Positions 29,048-42,860 of a stretch of DNA of 64,000 bases are shown piece after piece; the stretch's first letter is position 1; the number at the start of each line of letters is the position of its first letter. A program made the translations under genes and the position numbers. This stretch comes from the human T2T-CHM13v2.0 reference genome, Homo sapiens. The DNA lies in the NCBI RefSeq assembly GCF_009914755.1, contig NC_060928.1; one strand, written 5' to 3'. Below the pieces are notes generated by a model that was given only the letters and a program-made list of their open reading frames with translations, was not told where the DNA came from and searched no databases.

Positions 29048-29290
29048 CTTGGTGTCCACGTCGGCCAGGCAGTCTCTGCGGAACTGGTCGAAGAGCCCCT
29101 GGCTCTTGAGGTGGTTCACGATCATGGCCACGAGCTGCGGGTCCCCGGCGCCCGCACCCGCGCCGCCCGCCCCGCCCGCGCCGGGGCCAGCCCCGGGGCC
29201 CGGCGGCGGCGGCGGTGGCTGCGGCTGCGGCTGCGGCGGGGGAGGCGGCGGCGCCGGAGGAGGCGGCTGCGGCTGTGGGTTGGTGGCCAT
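29048..29290 (-). CDS. BOD1L1: BOD1L1 exon 1 coding part (aa 1-81): poly-Pro/Gly N-terminus and start of the Shg1/COMPASS (BOD1-like) domain
   Basis: ATG at 29290 in a perfect Kozak context (GCCACCATGG). Translates MATNPQPQPPPPAPPPPPPQPQPQPPPPPPGPGAG...DPQLVAMIVNHLKSQGLFDQFRRDCLADVDTK. Donor AAG|gttagg at 29048; 243 nt, phase 0. Confidence 0.97.
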
Positions 29291-29567
29291 GGTGGCCTGT
29301 GCCGGGGAGGGCAAGGGCCCTGACCGGCGGACGATCCTGGGAGGCGGCGGCTGCACTGGTCCCGCCGCCTGAGGGAAGCCAACGGGATGTTGTTACGGAA
29401 CCAGCGGATCCAGAGCAACCCCGGAAGTGAAAGGGAACTGGGGGAAAGGAGGAAAAGACGGTGACAACATTGACGAAAGTCCGGCGACGGAGGCCGCGAA
29501 GAGCCAGTTTCGACCGTCGCCGGGCGCAAGCGCCCTCGCGAGGCCGAGCTGCGCCGGAAGTGGCGGC

Positions 29568-29660
29568 GACTGTGGCGACGGAGACGACAAGACTGTGCTG
29601 GTCGCGGGTTGTGGGGTTTAGGTCACCGGCAGGGGTCTGGAGTCCCTGGAGGTTAGGGCT
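29568..29660 (+). ncRNA. MIR5091: MIR5091 precursor (mature sequence about 29578-29600)
   Basis: Matches my recollection of the hsa-mir-5091 hairpin, with mature ACGGAGACGACAAGACUGUGCUG. Imperfect stem (UGCUGGU/ACCGGCA, AGAC/GUCU). Divergent to BOD1L1. Confidence 0.8.
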
Positions 29661-30954
29661 TCGACCCGCGCGACACCTGGGGCCCTAGGTCTGAGCGGGG
29701 GCAGTGCGTTTCTGGCCCCGCTTCATCCGCGACGGCATTTTAGGCCTGCCTCTCTTGCTCCAGTTTCCCGGAGCAGTGCATAGAGATCCATAGACATTTA
29801 TAATGCGAACCCTACGTGGATCTGCTCATTCTAACTTCGCCCAACCCTCTTCGTTCTTAGCCTGTGATCCTGCACTATTCTTGTCCCAGCAGGTAGCTCC
29901 AAGTTCCTTCTGTCTCTCTTCTGCCTGCACATACCATTTCCCCGTGGGGGTCCCTTGTTTCTGGCAGTGTGCCTGTGGATTAGATCCGATCCCTCCAGCC
30001 CGTTCTTCCTATCTGTGAAGACAAATCGACAGGCTTTTATTTTTAGGAGATTTGCTATTGATTACTATGATTATAGCAGGTAAAACATCTATAGCACATA
30101 TTATGTACCAAGCGTGGCGTTAAGTGCTTTTACATGTATTAACGCATTTAATCTTTGGACAAACACTAAGAGCTAGGTCTGATTACTGTCCCCAGTTTGC
30201 AAATCAGGGAACCAAGGCTCAGATAAATTAAGTATGTTGAGTAAGATTACACAGCTAGCAAATCACCTGCTTTTGGACTGCATCATCTTTGAAATTATTA
30301 TTAGTACGTGGTCAAAGCAACATAAATATTAGAAAATTTCATAATTACTAAATAGTGTGTGTAACTTTATTGAAAAATGCATATTGTTGCTTTTTAAAGT
30401 TCCTACATCTGTGGCTGAATATATCTTATTAGTAGGAAAAGAAGGGTTGAGCATCAATTCTATTCCTATTTGTAATTTTTATAGCTGTGTGCCCTGAGAA
30501 ACCTTGTTCATATAAACAAGTACTGTGCCTAGGAATGGAAGAGTTTTGTTGTAGCAATATCATTCAATTCTTGACCTCAAAAAATTAGATTTGATTATCT
30601 ATGAGCTGACTTCAATTAGGCCCTCCTTCTATTTTATGGAAAGCAAAGAGCTGAAAACCACCTGGCTTGCCAAAGGATTTGTTTACTTAATCCTTATTTT
30701 TTCACTCTTTCAGATTCTGGGAAATATACCAGATAGGTTTTACCAAGATACCAAATGACTATGAATTAGACCTGATTTTTTCAATGAGGTGTACCTTTCA
30801 CCTGATATACTGAAAGTTTGGAGAATATCTAAACATTTTTCATTTTCATAAATAGTTTTGGATAAGATTTATTTTTGTTATCAGGTGGTTAAATTATGTT
30901 TTTGTCAAAATTTGCAACTGCAGATTTAGCTCATTCAAGTTCAAAATCTTTGTC

Positions 30955-31252
30955 ACTGGGCACAGTGTCTCACGCCTGTAATCCTAGCACTTTGGGAGGC
31001 TGAGGCGGGAGGATCGGTTGAGTCCAGAGTTCAAGACCAGCCTGGGCAACATGGCAAGACCCCACCTCTACAAAAAAATAAAAGAAATTAGGCGGTGTAG
31101 TGGCGTGCACCTGTAGTCCTACCTACTTGGGAGGATTAGGTGGGAGGATCACCCGAGCCCAAGAAGTCAAGTCTGCAGTGAGCCATGATGGGGCCAGTAC
31201 ACTCCAGGTTGAGCAACAGAGTGAGACCCTTCTCAAAAACAAGAAAAAAAAA
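30955..31252 (+). mobile_element. AluJ
   Basis: Diverged Alu dimer with A-tail. Confidence 0.88.
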
Positions 31253-31472
31253 GGTTTGTTAAGAATGTTAAATGTTTACCTTATAACCTAATTAACAGAG
31301 CCCATTTTCATTGTCAAACTAGACAAATCAGATTTACTTTAAATCAGAAACAATTTGACTTCATTGTTTCAATTCAGAGTATCCTGTGTGTTTTGAGGAG
31401 TTTGATGAAGATAGCAGAGAGGAGAAAGTCATGGATATGAATCTTAAAAGATTAATTACTATATGCAGTCAA

Positions 31473-31737
31473 GGCTGGGCGTGGCAGCAAACCCCTGTAA
31501 TCCTAGAGCTTTGTGAGGCTGGGGCAGGTGGGTGGCTTGAAGCCACAAGTTCAAGACCAGTAACAAAACAAAACAAAAAAGTAACCAGGTGTGATGTTGC
31601 AGACCTTGAGAAAACTGAGGTGGGAGGATTGCTTGAGCCCAGGAGGTTAAGACTGCAATAAGCTATGGTGGTGCCACTTCATTCCAGCCTTGGTGACAGA
31701 GTGACACCCTGTCTCAAAAAAAAAAAAAAAAAAAAAA
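31473..31737 (+). mobile_element. AluJ (degenerate)
   Basis: Diverged dimer, A-tail, TSD GCAGTCAA. Confidence 0.85.
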
Positions 31738-31806
31738 GCAGTCAAGATTACAAGACTAAAATAGCGTAAAATATAAATGTTTTATTCATTTTAAAAATTA
31801 GTTATG

Positions 31807-32116
<310 letters not shown>

Positions 32117-33172
32117 TTAGTTATGAAAAGGTGAGACTATAACATTTACTTAATTACCAACAATACAATATAATATATGTTGCTATATTCTAAGTTTATA
32201 AGTTTTTAAGTGTGTGGTATGATAAAAAGACATGGTATTTCTTTGGTATATTTGGATGTGTGAATCAAATTTATTCAGCTTTTTGGGAATAACTAAGTAG
32301 AAATCATCCATAAAAGTTCTGAAAAACTTTACAAATTTAATTAGGCATAATGTCCAAGTTTAAAAAAGTAATGAGACAATAAAGTATTTACTGCTAAAAA
32401 TGAATTGGGTCAGTGGCTAATAAATAATTTGTTTTGTGAACAGTATATAGAAAATCTTAAATATTTTCTACAATGCAAGAAGATGAGAACTTTATAATGG
32501 TTCACAATCCATTTTCTCAAATGTGCCCTAATTGCCTTATTGAATAACACACACTGAATCTAAAAGATACATCTTTGTATCTCTGAGTTCAAGTTACACT
32601 GGGTAGACACATTATACTGGTTGCAATGTAACTTGAACAATTTTGTAGCCTTGAAAAACATTCTAGATACATTGAAAAGAATCTGGGTCACCGATCTGCA
32701 CTGCCTTGGCTGTTCCAAGGTGATTTTCTTTTCGTATGAATACAGGTCCTAGGGATGAGTGTTTTAAATACCCAAAAAACAACAACAAAAAGCATACATT
32801 TAAATCTTTTTAAAAGACTGCTTTAAGCAGTCAGCATTTCCTACCAATGACGTCTTTGCTGTGTTTCCTCCTGATTGTCTCTCTAGAAAAGAGTATATAA
32901 TTTCTTTTTTTTGGTAAATTATTTTATTTCTTCCATGATGATTTAGAGGGACTATATTCAAACCAGTACAAATATTTCATAAATAATATCTTGCCATTTT
33001 CTAACCAATTGAGTAATTTGTTCCACAATAAGCTACCTCACATTTTTCAGCAAGAAATACGTTAAATTTGAACAGTAAAGACATTACATAATGAATTAGG
33101 ACACAATTAAAATGTGCTTTAAATATTTCTTTAAGGGAGAAGACACCACACTTCTACTCAATGAAGATAAAC

Positions 33173-33471
33173 TTTTTTTTTTTTTTTTGTGACGGAGTCT
33201 TGCTCTGTCGCCGAGGCTGGAGTGCAGTAGTGCGATCTTGGCTCACTGCAAGCTCTGCCTCCCAGGTTCACACCATTCTCCTGCCTCAGCCTCCTGAGTA
33301 GCTGGGACTACAAGTGCCCGCCACCATGCCCGGCTAATTTTTTTTGTAGTTTTAGTAGAGACGGGGCTTCACTGTGTTAGCCAGGATGGTCTCGATCTCC
33401 TGACCTCATGATCTGCCTGCCTGGGCCTCCCAAAGTGCTGGGATTACAGGCATGAGCCACCTCGCCCAGCC
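33173..33471 (-). mobile_element. AluY inserted in the RPL21 pseudogene 3'UTR
   Basis: CACTGCAAGCTC...CACCATTCTC diagnostic; TSD GAAGA(T/G)AAAC. Confidence 0.93.
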
Positions 33472-33887
33472 GAAGAGAAACATTTTTGCAGTCCAGAGGT
33501 CTTTTATTTTTTTAACACTTATTTTGCCATGAATTCATAGGGAATAGATTCCAGCAGCTCAGTCTCCTTCCCATTGGTTCTCACAAACTGTGCTTCCCTG
33601 GGTGGAGCAGGCTGGCACTTCAGTTGAACCCAGGTACCTTTCTCTTTGTTTTCTTTTTCTGGTCATTTTCCTTCATGTGTTTCAGGAAGCTATCTCGGCT
33701 CTTAGTGAGCTTAATGTGCTCGATACGCACATTAATTCTCTTGGCAAGAATCAGGCCCTTGTTGGTATACAACAATGCCAGCAGCGTGCTGGGTAACATT
33801 GTAGACTCTTCTAGTTGTGCCATGGTAACACTTGTGGGGCATTCCTTTTTGAACAGTAGCCATTCTCTTGATGTCTACAATATCACC

Positions 33888-34190
33888 TTTTTTTTTTTTT
33901 GAGACAGGAGAGAGAGTCTCACTCTGTCGTCCAGGCCATAGTGCCGTGGCGCTATCTTGGCTCACTGCAACTTCCGCCTCCTGGGTTCAAGCAATTCTCC
34001 TGCCTCAGCCTCCTGAGTAGCTGGGACTACAGGCATGCCCTGCCATGCCTGGCTAATTTTTTGTATTTTTAGTCAAGATGGGGTTTCACTGTGTTGCCCA
34101 TGCTGGTTTTGAACTTGTGAGCCCAGGCAATCCGCCCACCTCGGCCTCCCAAAGTGCTAGAATTACAGGTGTGAGCCACCAAGCCTGGCC
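33888..34190 (-). mobile_element. AluS inserted in the RPL21 pseudogene CDS
   Basis: Alu dimer; TSD TCACCTTT. Confidence 0.92.
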
Positions 34191-35037
34191 TCACCTTTCT
34201 TATAGATTCATATATACATGGCCAAAGGAACAACTCCATGTTTTCTAAAAGGCCTAGAGGACATCTGTCGGGTGCCTCTCCTCTTTCCCTTTGTGTTCGT
34301 CATTTTGGCGAATTACTGGAAGACAGCGGTTCCGGCTGAAAGGAAAAGAGTATATAATTTCTAGCAGTAGTTAGGGCATAGAAGAGGTGAGATCTTCACA
34401 AAAGAAACTGCCATCATTCTCCTACTCTATGCCTGTCTGAGTTCAGAACATTCCAACAAAGGTCAGGTACTTTCTCCCTTAACAGGATTGACTCTCATTC
34501 TGTTCCCCAAGTCTGATGTCAAGGTGACAGAGTTTATAGTTTGCGAATTAGGGAAGCAACAATAGGTGATGATGGCCCCTGTTACTGGTAGCCATGTGCA
34601 TGGTTAGGCACCAGATTCCTGACAAATGGTTTTTGTCAGGAATTTCTTTTCCTTTCTACAGTCCAGCCTGTCCCCCACCCCTACCCAATCCTCCAGACTG
34701 CTTCTGTGAGCTTGTCCAGTGAAAGTCAAACATTGATCTCCTAACCCCAGGGATCCCATCTGATTATTCGTCAGAGTTGTTTCCTTATTTTCTTCCCCTT
34801 GTACCCCCATGGGATCCCCACTCTTTGGCATCTCCATTCCCGACTAGGCTTTTCATAATCAAAGGGAAATCAATATTTCCTAAATCTCCATCAACCCAAA
34901 GCTTAGTAGAAACTTTGAAAGTTCGTTTTTCAGTGATAACGGAAAACATCGGAGGAGGGGGAGAGGACATGTGTTAATATTATTTGTCTTTCCAATGCAA
35001 GCTGCATGGTCACACATATTCTATTTTTGTTGCAGTA

Positions 35038-35704
<667 letters not shown>

Positions 35705-36221
35705 TGATGGTGGGGCTGCAGAGTGTTACACAATGTTAATGTGAAAAGCGGGTACTGATTTTTCCCTTGAAAGAATTGTCACTTGCCCTAGGGTCAGGGC
35801 ATGGAAGTGGAGTGGTACAGGGGGACAGTAAGGCAGAGAGGACGAAGGGTGATTCTGGGACATTTGGCAGAGACTGGAAACTTCAGCTCCCTGCCAGTCT
35901 GGGAGTGTTGTAGGGTAGGGGTGCTTTGGAAATGGTGGCTTTGTGAGAATATATTACCTTGAGGAGCTGCAGAATTCAAGAGAGTGGCCAAGTTCTAGTT
36001 GGTGGGAAAAAGGAGGATGTGTCTGGGGCAGCAAGACAGGAGTAATGTCAACTGAGACGAGGATTGGGATACATAAGCCCCTGGGATATTGGAGTAGGAA
36101 CTTCAGAAGAGGAGGGAAATAGAGTGGTGGGGGGTATTTGGTGAAGTTGGACCTATCAGTCACATTAGTTATTAATACTTTATGGGATGGGAGATTCCTC
36201 TGTGGGTAATCTGGAAGACTA

Positions 36222-36470
36222 ATAGTGGTTCTCAAATTTTAGCCTACACCAAAATCTCCTAGAGGACTTGTTAAAATAGAGTACTAGGCACGCCATCCTG
36301 AGTCCCTGATTTGATAGGTCTGGGACAGAGCCTGAGAGTTTCCATTGTTAACAAATGCATTTAACAAATGCTGATAGAACACTATATGAGAAACACTGGA
36401 CTAGACAAATCACGGCCCACAGGCCTAATCCAGTCTACCTGTTTTTATAAACAAAGTTTTACTGAAACCG
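36222..36470. mobile_element. MER5A followed by a MER58-like fragment (hAT-Charlie)
   Basis: TAGTGGTTCTCAAA...GTCTGGG...GAGAAACACTG, then GGCCCACAGGCCTAATCCAG...TAAACAAAGTTTTACTGAAAC. Confidence 0.65.
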
Positions 36471-39025
36471 TACTTTCTAGTTTGAACATTTTTTTTTGTA
36501 AGATGATACTCCTTTTATGCAAGTACCATTAATTTTTATACATTTCTTTGCTCATAAGGTTTAAACTCCTGGTAGTGATAGCAATCAGATTTATAAAAGT
36601 AAGATTTATTATGAAGTTAGGTAGCCTGTGCCTATTAATGCTACTGAATTGCTGGCTATTTTGAAAATTGAGATGTCAATATTGCAGATGGCTTGAAATG
36701 CAAGGTATCTTTTATATGCTTATAAAGATGGAAAGAAGCTTTGCATTTAGCATTTTCCATTTAGGCTTTGTGAAAATTGTTCTTATTTTAAAAATAGCCC
36801 TAACATGTGTGTGTCTGTGTGTGTGTGTGTTTCCTGAGTATTCTAGATGGTACATGGTATTCTGAAAACTGAAAGTCACACCTCCAGGAATAAAATTAGG
36901 AAAAGCAGAAATTGGAGGGAGGTCTCTAGAAATGATGTAGTATTATCTGAATACCTCAAATCTAATCCAGGTCATCTGGGTAGAAATTCTGGGAGGGATT
37001 TATTTAAATATAAATAAAAATTTGTATACCTAAATAAAGATTGTATTCTACATTTGAAGAAAGAGTTGTTTTTTTTTTTGTTTTGTTTTGTGTTTTAAGA
37101 GTAAGAGGTGGTTGGCATGCATGTATGAAAGGAAGGAATTCAAAGTGTCTAGAATTGGCACTGTCTCTGGAGAGCATGCATTTGCTATTGGGTGCCAGCC
37201 ATTAAGATGATCTCATTCATTTCTCCTCTGATTCTGTGATTGTTAAGTAACTTTTGGATCACATTTGGCTTCACATTTGGATTTGCCTATAGGAAGAAAA
37301 AGTGCTGAGTAGTAAATATAGGAAGCTGTCTACTTGGTAGTTATATCTCTCCCCATGAATGATTTTTTATGCATAAAACCCTAAGAGCTTGGCGAATTTT
37401 GAAACCACCCAGGATCCAGATCTATTCTTTTTGTACTGATAGTCACCTCTTACCTTGCAAGACTGCAGGCTGGACCCCACACTATGGTCAACAAATTGAA
37501 GTGTTGCTGTGGGGGTCCAGTCAGGGTGACCAGCTTACCTAACATCTAATTTTATTGGCCATATTTTAAATATAAGTTGTCTTGATTACCACTTAAATTG
37601 TAGAGAACGAGTAGACTACTAGTAAACTAGGAAAAGAAAGTTTTTCTTGTAGAAAACTAGGAAAAGACAAAGAAGTCTATTGACAACAGGGAATAGGCTG
37701 GAGATGAGGACCTGACCCAAGATGGACAAATTAGAACCCTTCCTTGGGATTTTTGAAGGTAATTGGTATCCCTCTCAGCTACATTGTAAGCAGGTGTCTG
37801 GAGTCGGTAATAACCAGATCCTCTGTCATGTGTATCAAGCCAATCTGCCAAGAAAAAAAAAATCCACTAATCCACAGAGTGAAGCACAGATGAGGATGGA
37901 CAACGAACACCCTGCCTGTGGTCCACATATTCCTGAGGGCCAGGTATGCTTGTTTCTACCGTCATTTGATTATGTGAAACAAATTCACAACTAATAAAAG
38001 TCCTATTTTTAATAGGAAATGTGCATTATTATGGTAATGGGTGGAAACTAACACAGGAAGGGATTGTGAGGAATTGTGCAGTGTGGATAGGCATCTAGTG
38101 AATGTCAACATTTACCAGCATCATTTACCCCTTTATAAGCAAACTGAACATTGGCTTGACACACCAGTACTGGCGTGCATCAAAACATCAATAGAAGTCT
38201 GATATTCTTCAAGCCAGATGGATTGTTCTTTTCATATTGGTGCCTCAGTTGCTCTAGAGAGGCCATGGGGATTGGATGGGGAGAAGTCTTTTAAAACAAG
38301 AACTGTCTTGGTAGAAAGATTTGATTCAGGAATGATTTCTATGGAGTTTAACCATATGCCTCAAAAGTTGGAATTAGGCTGTTCATTTTTTAAGATAATA
38401 AATAAATAATAAAAGAAAAGAAGATATGCCTATTTCTTGAAAGAAAAGTGAATAAAAATACTCATCAATGATTATTTTAGATAATGAATACTAAATTGAC
38501 AATTGTACATTTTTATATTTAAGTGAAATGATTGTGATTAAATGAATCCCTTTTTCTGTGACAAGAATAAGAGACGATGATTGAAAGGTGAGATTCAAAT
38601 AATCATTACAAAAAGACTGAGTGACAGCTATGATTCTTGACTGGACACAAATTTAAATTTCTACCCTTTTAAGTTATTAGAAATGCACTTTGATGTGGCA
38701 AATATGTTGAACAAATTATAATGGTGGTTAAACAATTTTTCATTAAAGCATTTCAACAGAGAAGGGAGAAGGAGATGTACTTTATTTATATATTCACATT
38801 TTCTGTTTTTAGGCAACTGTACAGGGATTCTTACCATCTTGTTGGTGCCCATGTACATGTGCTTAGGATAGGAAGCCCAGTGGGCATGTGCCCCAGTCTC
38901 TGGGAGCCAATGTGCTAATTGTAAGTATAAAACATGCTTCTTATATACACAATACATATAAAAAATACAACAGGAGTAGTTGGTTAAGTAGAAATGAGGA
39001 CAAAGTGGTAGAAAATGATGTGCAT

Positions 39026-39111
39026 TTATGTATTGGTGAGAAAGTAATTGTGTTTTTTTGCCATTACTTTCAATGGAAAAAAACCGCAATAACTTTTGCA
39101 CCAACCTAATA
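39026..39111. mobile_element. MADE1 (Hsmar1 MITE)
   Basis: TTGGTGAGAAAGTAATTG...CCATTACTTTCAATGG...CCGCAATAACTTTTGCACCAACCTAATA palindrome. Confidence 0.85.
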
Positions 39112-39616
39112 GAAGGGTGGCTGAGATGGGGTAAGCTAACCAATGAAGCACTCTGGAGAAAATGGCCTTGAACCACATATGGGGAGAAGACAGGAACAAG
39201 TCATAAGCAGCTTAATTTTCAAGATCAGTCATAAGAAAATATATATTCAGACATTCATAGGTATATTCCGTTTTCTTAATTTACAGAAAACATTAGCTCT
39301 TTGATTAATGAATGGTAGAGGAACTAATTTAAATGAAATCTAAAGCAAAGGCAGACGTATTTCATTTCTTAGACTAAATGTGAAATATATTAATATAAAA
39401 CAGGAAGAATCGGTGAAGAAGTTTATTTTTACAGGCGTAAGGATGAAGAGGTGAAGCCTGGGGTCTTTGAATTTCAGCTTTGCATTTCAGCTTTGTTATT
39501 TTCTAGCTTATGACCATGAGCAAATTGCTCAACCTCTCTGTGCCGTTTTTCTTGTGAAATTGTAACAATAACAGACCTTGCCATAGGGTTTTAGGGACTG
39601 TTGATTGAGACCACTT

Positions 39617-40150
39617 TTTCATTCAACAAATATGTTTTGGGCTCCTATTATGTGCCAGGTGTTGTACTAGGAATGGGAGAGGAAGCAGTTGAGCAGAACA
39701 GACAAAGCCCTTTCCCTAAAGGTGCTTCCATTCTACTGGAATTGCTAGTCAGAAAAGAAATGCACAACTGAAATATCAGATAGAGATAAGTACTCTGTAG
39801 AAGATTAAGTGGAGTGATATGATAAAGGGTGACTGGATAGCAACTTACAGGTTAGGGTAGGCCTTTCTCACCTCCGAACGTCACATTGAAATCAGCCATG
39901 AGAAAATAAGGAGGGGCAGCCCTGGCAGGGAGAAGAGCTTGTGCTGAGGTCCTGGGGCAGGAATCAGCTTAATGTATTTGAAGAACATAAATAAGGTCAT
40001 TGCAGCTGAGGTTAATGGGCAAGAGGCAGAGTGGTAGTGGATGAAATTAGATCATGTAGGGCTTTGAAAACAAGGATAAGGAAGTGTGTTTTCTACTAAG
40101 TGCAATGCAAAGCCCCTAAAAAATTTTAAAGTGGGGAGTGGCATGACTTC
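39617..40150 (-). mobile_element. L2 LINE fragment
   Basis: TTCATTCAACAAATATG...CTCCTATTATGTGCCAGG, the reverse of the L2 3' end. Confidence 0.65.
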
Positions 40151-40308
40151 ATAACAGAATTAAGGAGCTCATTGCCAGTCTTGGCACAAGAGAAACACCC
40201 AAGTGTATGTTAGCTGTTGCCATTTCATTTAATCCTCACACCAGCCCTATGTAATGGCTACTATGAAAGGAAATTATCCCAAACCTGAGCTGGAGCAGAA
40301 CTTTGTAG

Positions 40309-40680
<372 letters not shown>

Positions 40681-41852
40681 TTTCTGATAGATTTTAATGA
40701 GATTTAGAGTCCTTCTGGGCAGCTAGATTGGCACCACTGTGCTGTTATTTTTTAGATGTGTTCAGTAACCTTTAATCAGACATTTAAGGACACAACACTC
40801 TTTAAGCCTTATGCTGTCCTAATAACCTTTAAACCAGATATTCCTCTTTTCAAACGCCAGTTGAATAGTATTTATTAAGTCATTTTTTCTCCCAAAAGTA
40901 AATTTTTGAACTAGTTTTTTTTGAAGTCTCTTCCCTTCCACCAAGTTTGAAATAAAACGTTTGTCAATGTTCCATTGAATTTATCTGAGAAACTGCTTTG
41001 ACAGTATTATTAATATCACTATTTTACAGACAAGAAAACCATAGCCTGTGCATTTAAGCACTCCATCGTACTTTCCCCCAGGAAGAGCAAATTAACCCAG
41101 CATTCTAGGAAGCAACAAAGCAAATCTGAACCCGAGAGGTCTCAGTATCCAGTAAAAAAAAAGAAGCACTCATTTCTTTTACTGGAATCCCATTATTATC
41201 TGTTTTATTTCATATTGATTTGTAAAGACTGGTAGTCTGTGATTCATTGGGGCCTTCTTTTTGCCCCCAAGACGTATGTGTGCAGTTCATTCTCACTCTG
41301 CTTTCTAACTTTTAAAAGTTCTAATTTGCTCTTTCAGTAACTGAACCCAATCTTGACTTGGGTGAAACTTTTCTCCAGTTTATCAAGAGCCATTTAATCT
41401 ATTTTTATGGTCTAGAGTGCCACTTCCTTGAATCTTCAGCCCATCAAGGCTGGAGCTTTAATTCATTAGTGTATATGGCTTATGGCAATCAACTCAACCA
41501 GATTGTGTGGGTCTGCTGAGCTGAAGTAAATTACTCATTGGTTCTTGTGAGAAGAACCTTGAATGAGATCACTGAGGGATGCTAAAACAATCTGGATGCT
41601 TTTGGACTGGAGGATGGGGGATCCCTTTTCTAACTAACAAGCATTATATTCTTAGAATGAAATCAATTCCATGGTGTACTGGAGTCAGTTCAATCAACTC
41701 CTGTTACATTTTCAGGAAATTTGTGAAATAGTTCATGACGACTTTGTAGCTTTAAAATGGCCATGGTGGCTGTATTTATGCCACAAAAACTGGCAAATGC
41801 CACAGATCAGGGCTTTCTTTCCCCATAGAGTCTGTTTTTAAACACTTAGCAA

Positions 41853-42340
41853 TGTTACCCAAACAAAACTAGGGTTAATTTTCCTGGCAAGCAACCAACA
41901 ACTCTCCACGAGAACACAGGTTTCGATCCATAGGAGTGTTATTACTCATCACAAGTAAGGAGAGCACTGGGAGTGTTCTCCAAAGCAGTGTCTCCCTGAG
42001 GGAAAGTGACAGGAGAGTTTTATGGGGCGATGGAGGGGGAGAGAGTGCGTCATCTCATGCAGGGAAGGGGTCCCAGTGGCGCAGATGCAGTGAGTCATCA
42101 TGCCAGCACATAGGTCCTCTGCTTTATAGCTCCTTCTGGGCGGGAGACATTAGCATGGTAATGAGGAAAGTTCACTTGGGTTCATCTGTAAGTTGCTAGG
42201 GTCTGTCAGAAACTGGTTTCAACTGACTAGGGGACTGCATTCCACACAGGGCCTGAAACAAACAGGCTGTTAAGAGAGGGAGCTGTAAAGCAGGTGCTTT
42301 GGTAAAGCCGGTTGAGTTCCTATAGTCTCTGGAGACCTTC
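41853..42340 (-). mobile_element. Probable ERV1-class solo LTR (family not assigned)
   Basis: TGTTACC start and ...TTATTACTC...AAGTAAGGAGAGCACTGGGAG...CAGTGTCTCCC resemble MER4-group LTR ends. Right boundary approximate. Confidence 0.45.
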
Positions 42341-42860
42341 TCAATCTGCTTATAGCAGTACACCAGTGCAAGTGCCTTGCAGGTTCTCCTTGTTTTTTTC
42401 CTAGTTATAGGACAAGGAGAAGATAGGGAAAGAGGGGAGGCTGCCAATAGGCTTTTTTTTTTGGCTTCTTGCCTGCATTTTTACTGCCATCAGAAACTGC
42501 CAGAAGTTCTGTAGTCAAATCGACCCCACACTCCTAGTAACAAATGAGGTTTGCTATCATTTTTCCCCCTAGGGTTGAATACCAGCTCCATAACTACTTG
42601 CTTTGGGACTTGGGCTGATCAGTTTACTTACATCTCTAGGGCTCAGTTTCATCATCATTACAATAAGAATAATACCACCAACCTCATTGTGTGTAGATGT
42701 ATCTGTGTGTGGGCTGCGGGGTGGGGGGTGTTGGGGATGGGATGGGGTGGTAAATGATATGGTTCCCATTAAAGTCTTTGCTGAAGACTTGGTGCATTGG
42801 CTGTCAATAAATAATAGCTCTAATTATATTATTCAGTAAGTTCTCACACATGCTCAGAGG

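Larger units (their letters stand above)
28990..29740. promoter_or_regulatory. CpG island; likely bidirectional BOD1L1 promoter
   Basis: Very high GC and CpG density around exon 1. Two ETS/GABPA CCGGAAGT motifs (29421-29428, 29554-29561) and the palindrome CCTCGCGAGG (29534-29543, similar to the TCTCGCGAGA motif). No TATA box seen. Confidence 0.88.
32906..34343 (-). pseudogene. RPL21 processed pseudogene, full length with long 3'UTR, interrupted by two Alus
   Basis: 5' TOP-like CCTTTC leader; ATG at 34303 ([12 protein letters not shown]); fragments KGDIVDIK...GMPHKCYHG and [14 protein letters not shown]; no introns; poly(A) remnant; TSD GAAAAGAGTATATAATTTCT (32886-32905 / 34343-34362). Confidence 0.95.

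Noticed and set aside
28883-29688. Multiple ORFs across the CpG island, including an in-frame 22-aa N-terminal extension from 29356
   Set aside because: Stop codons are rare in GC-rich DNA. The extension begins at a GTG, while ATG 29290 has a perfect Kozak context.
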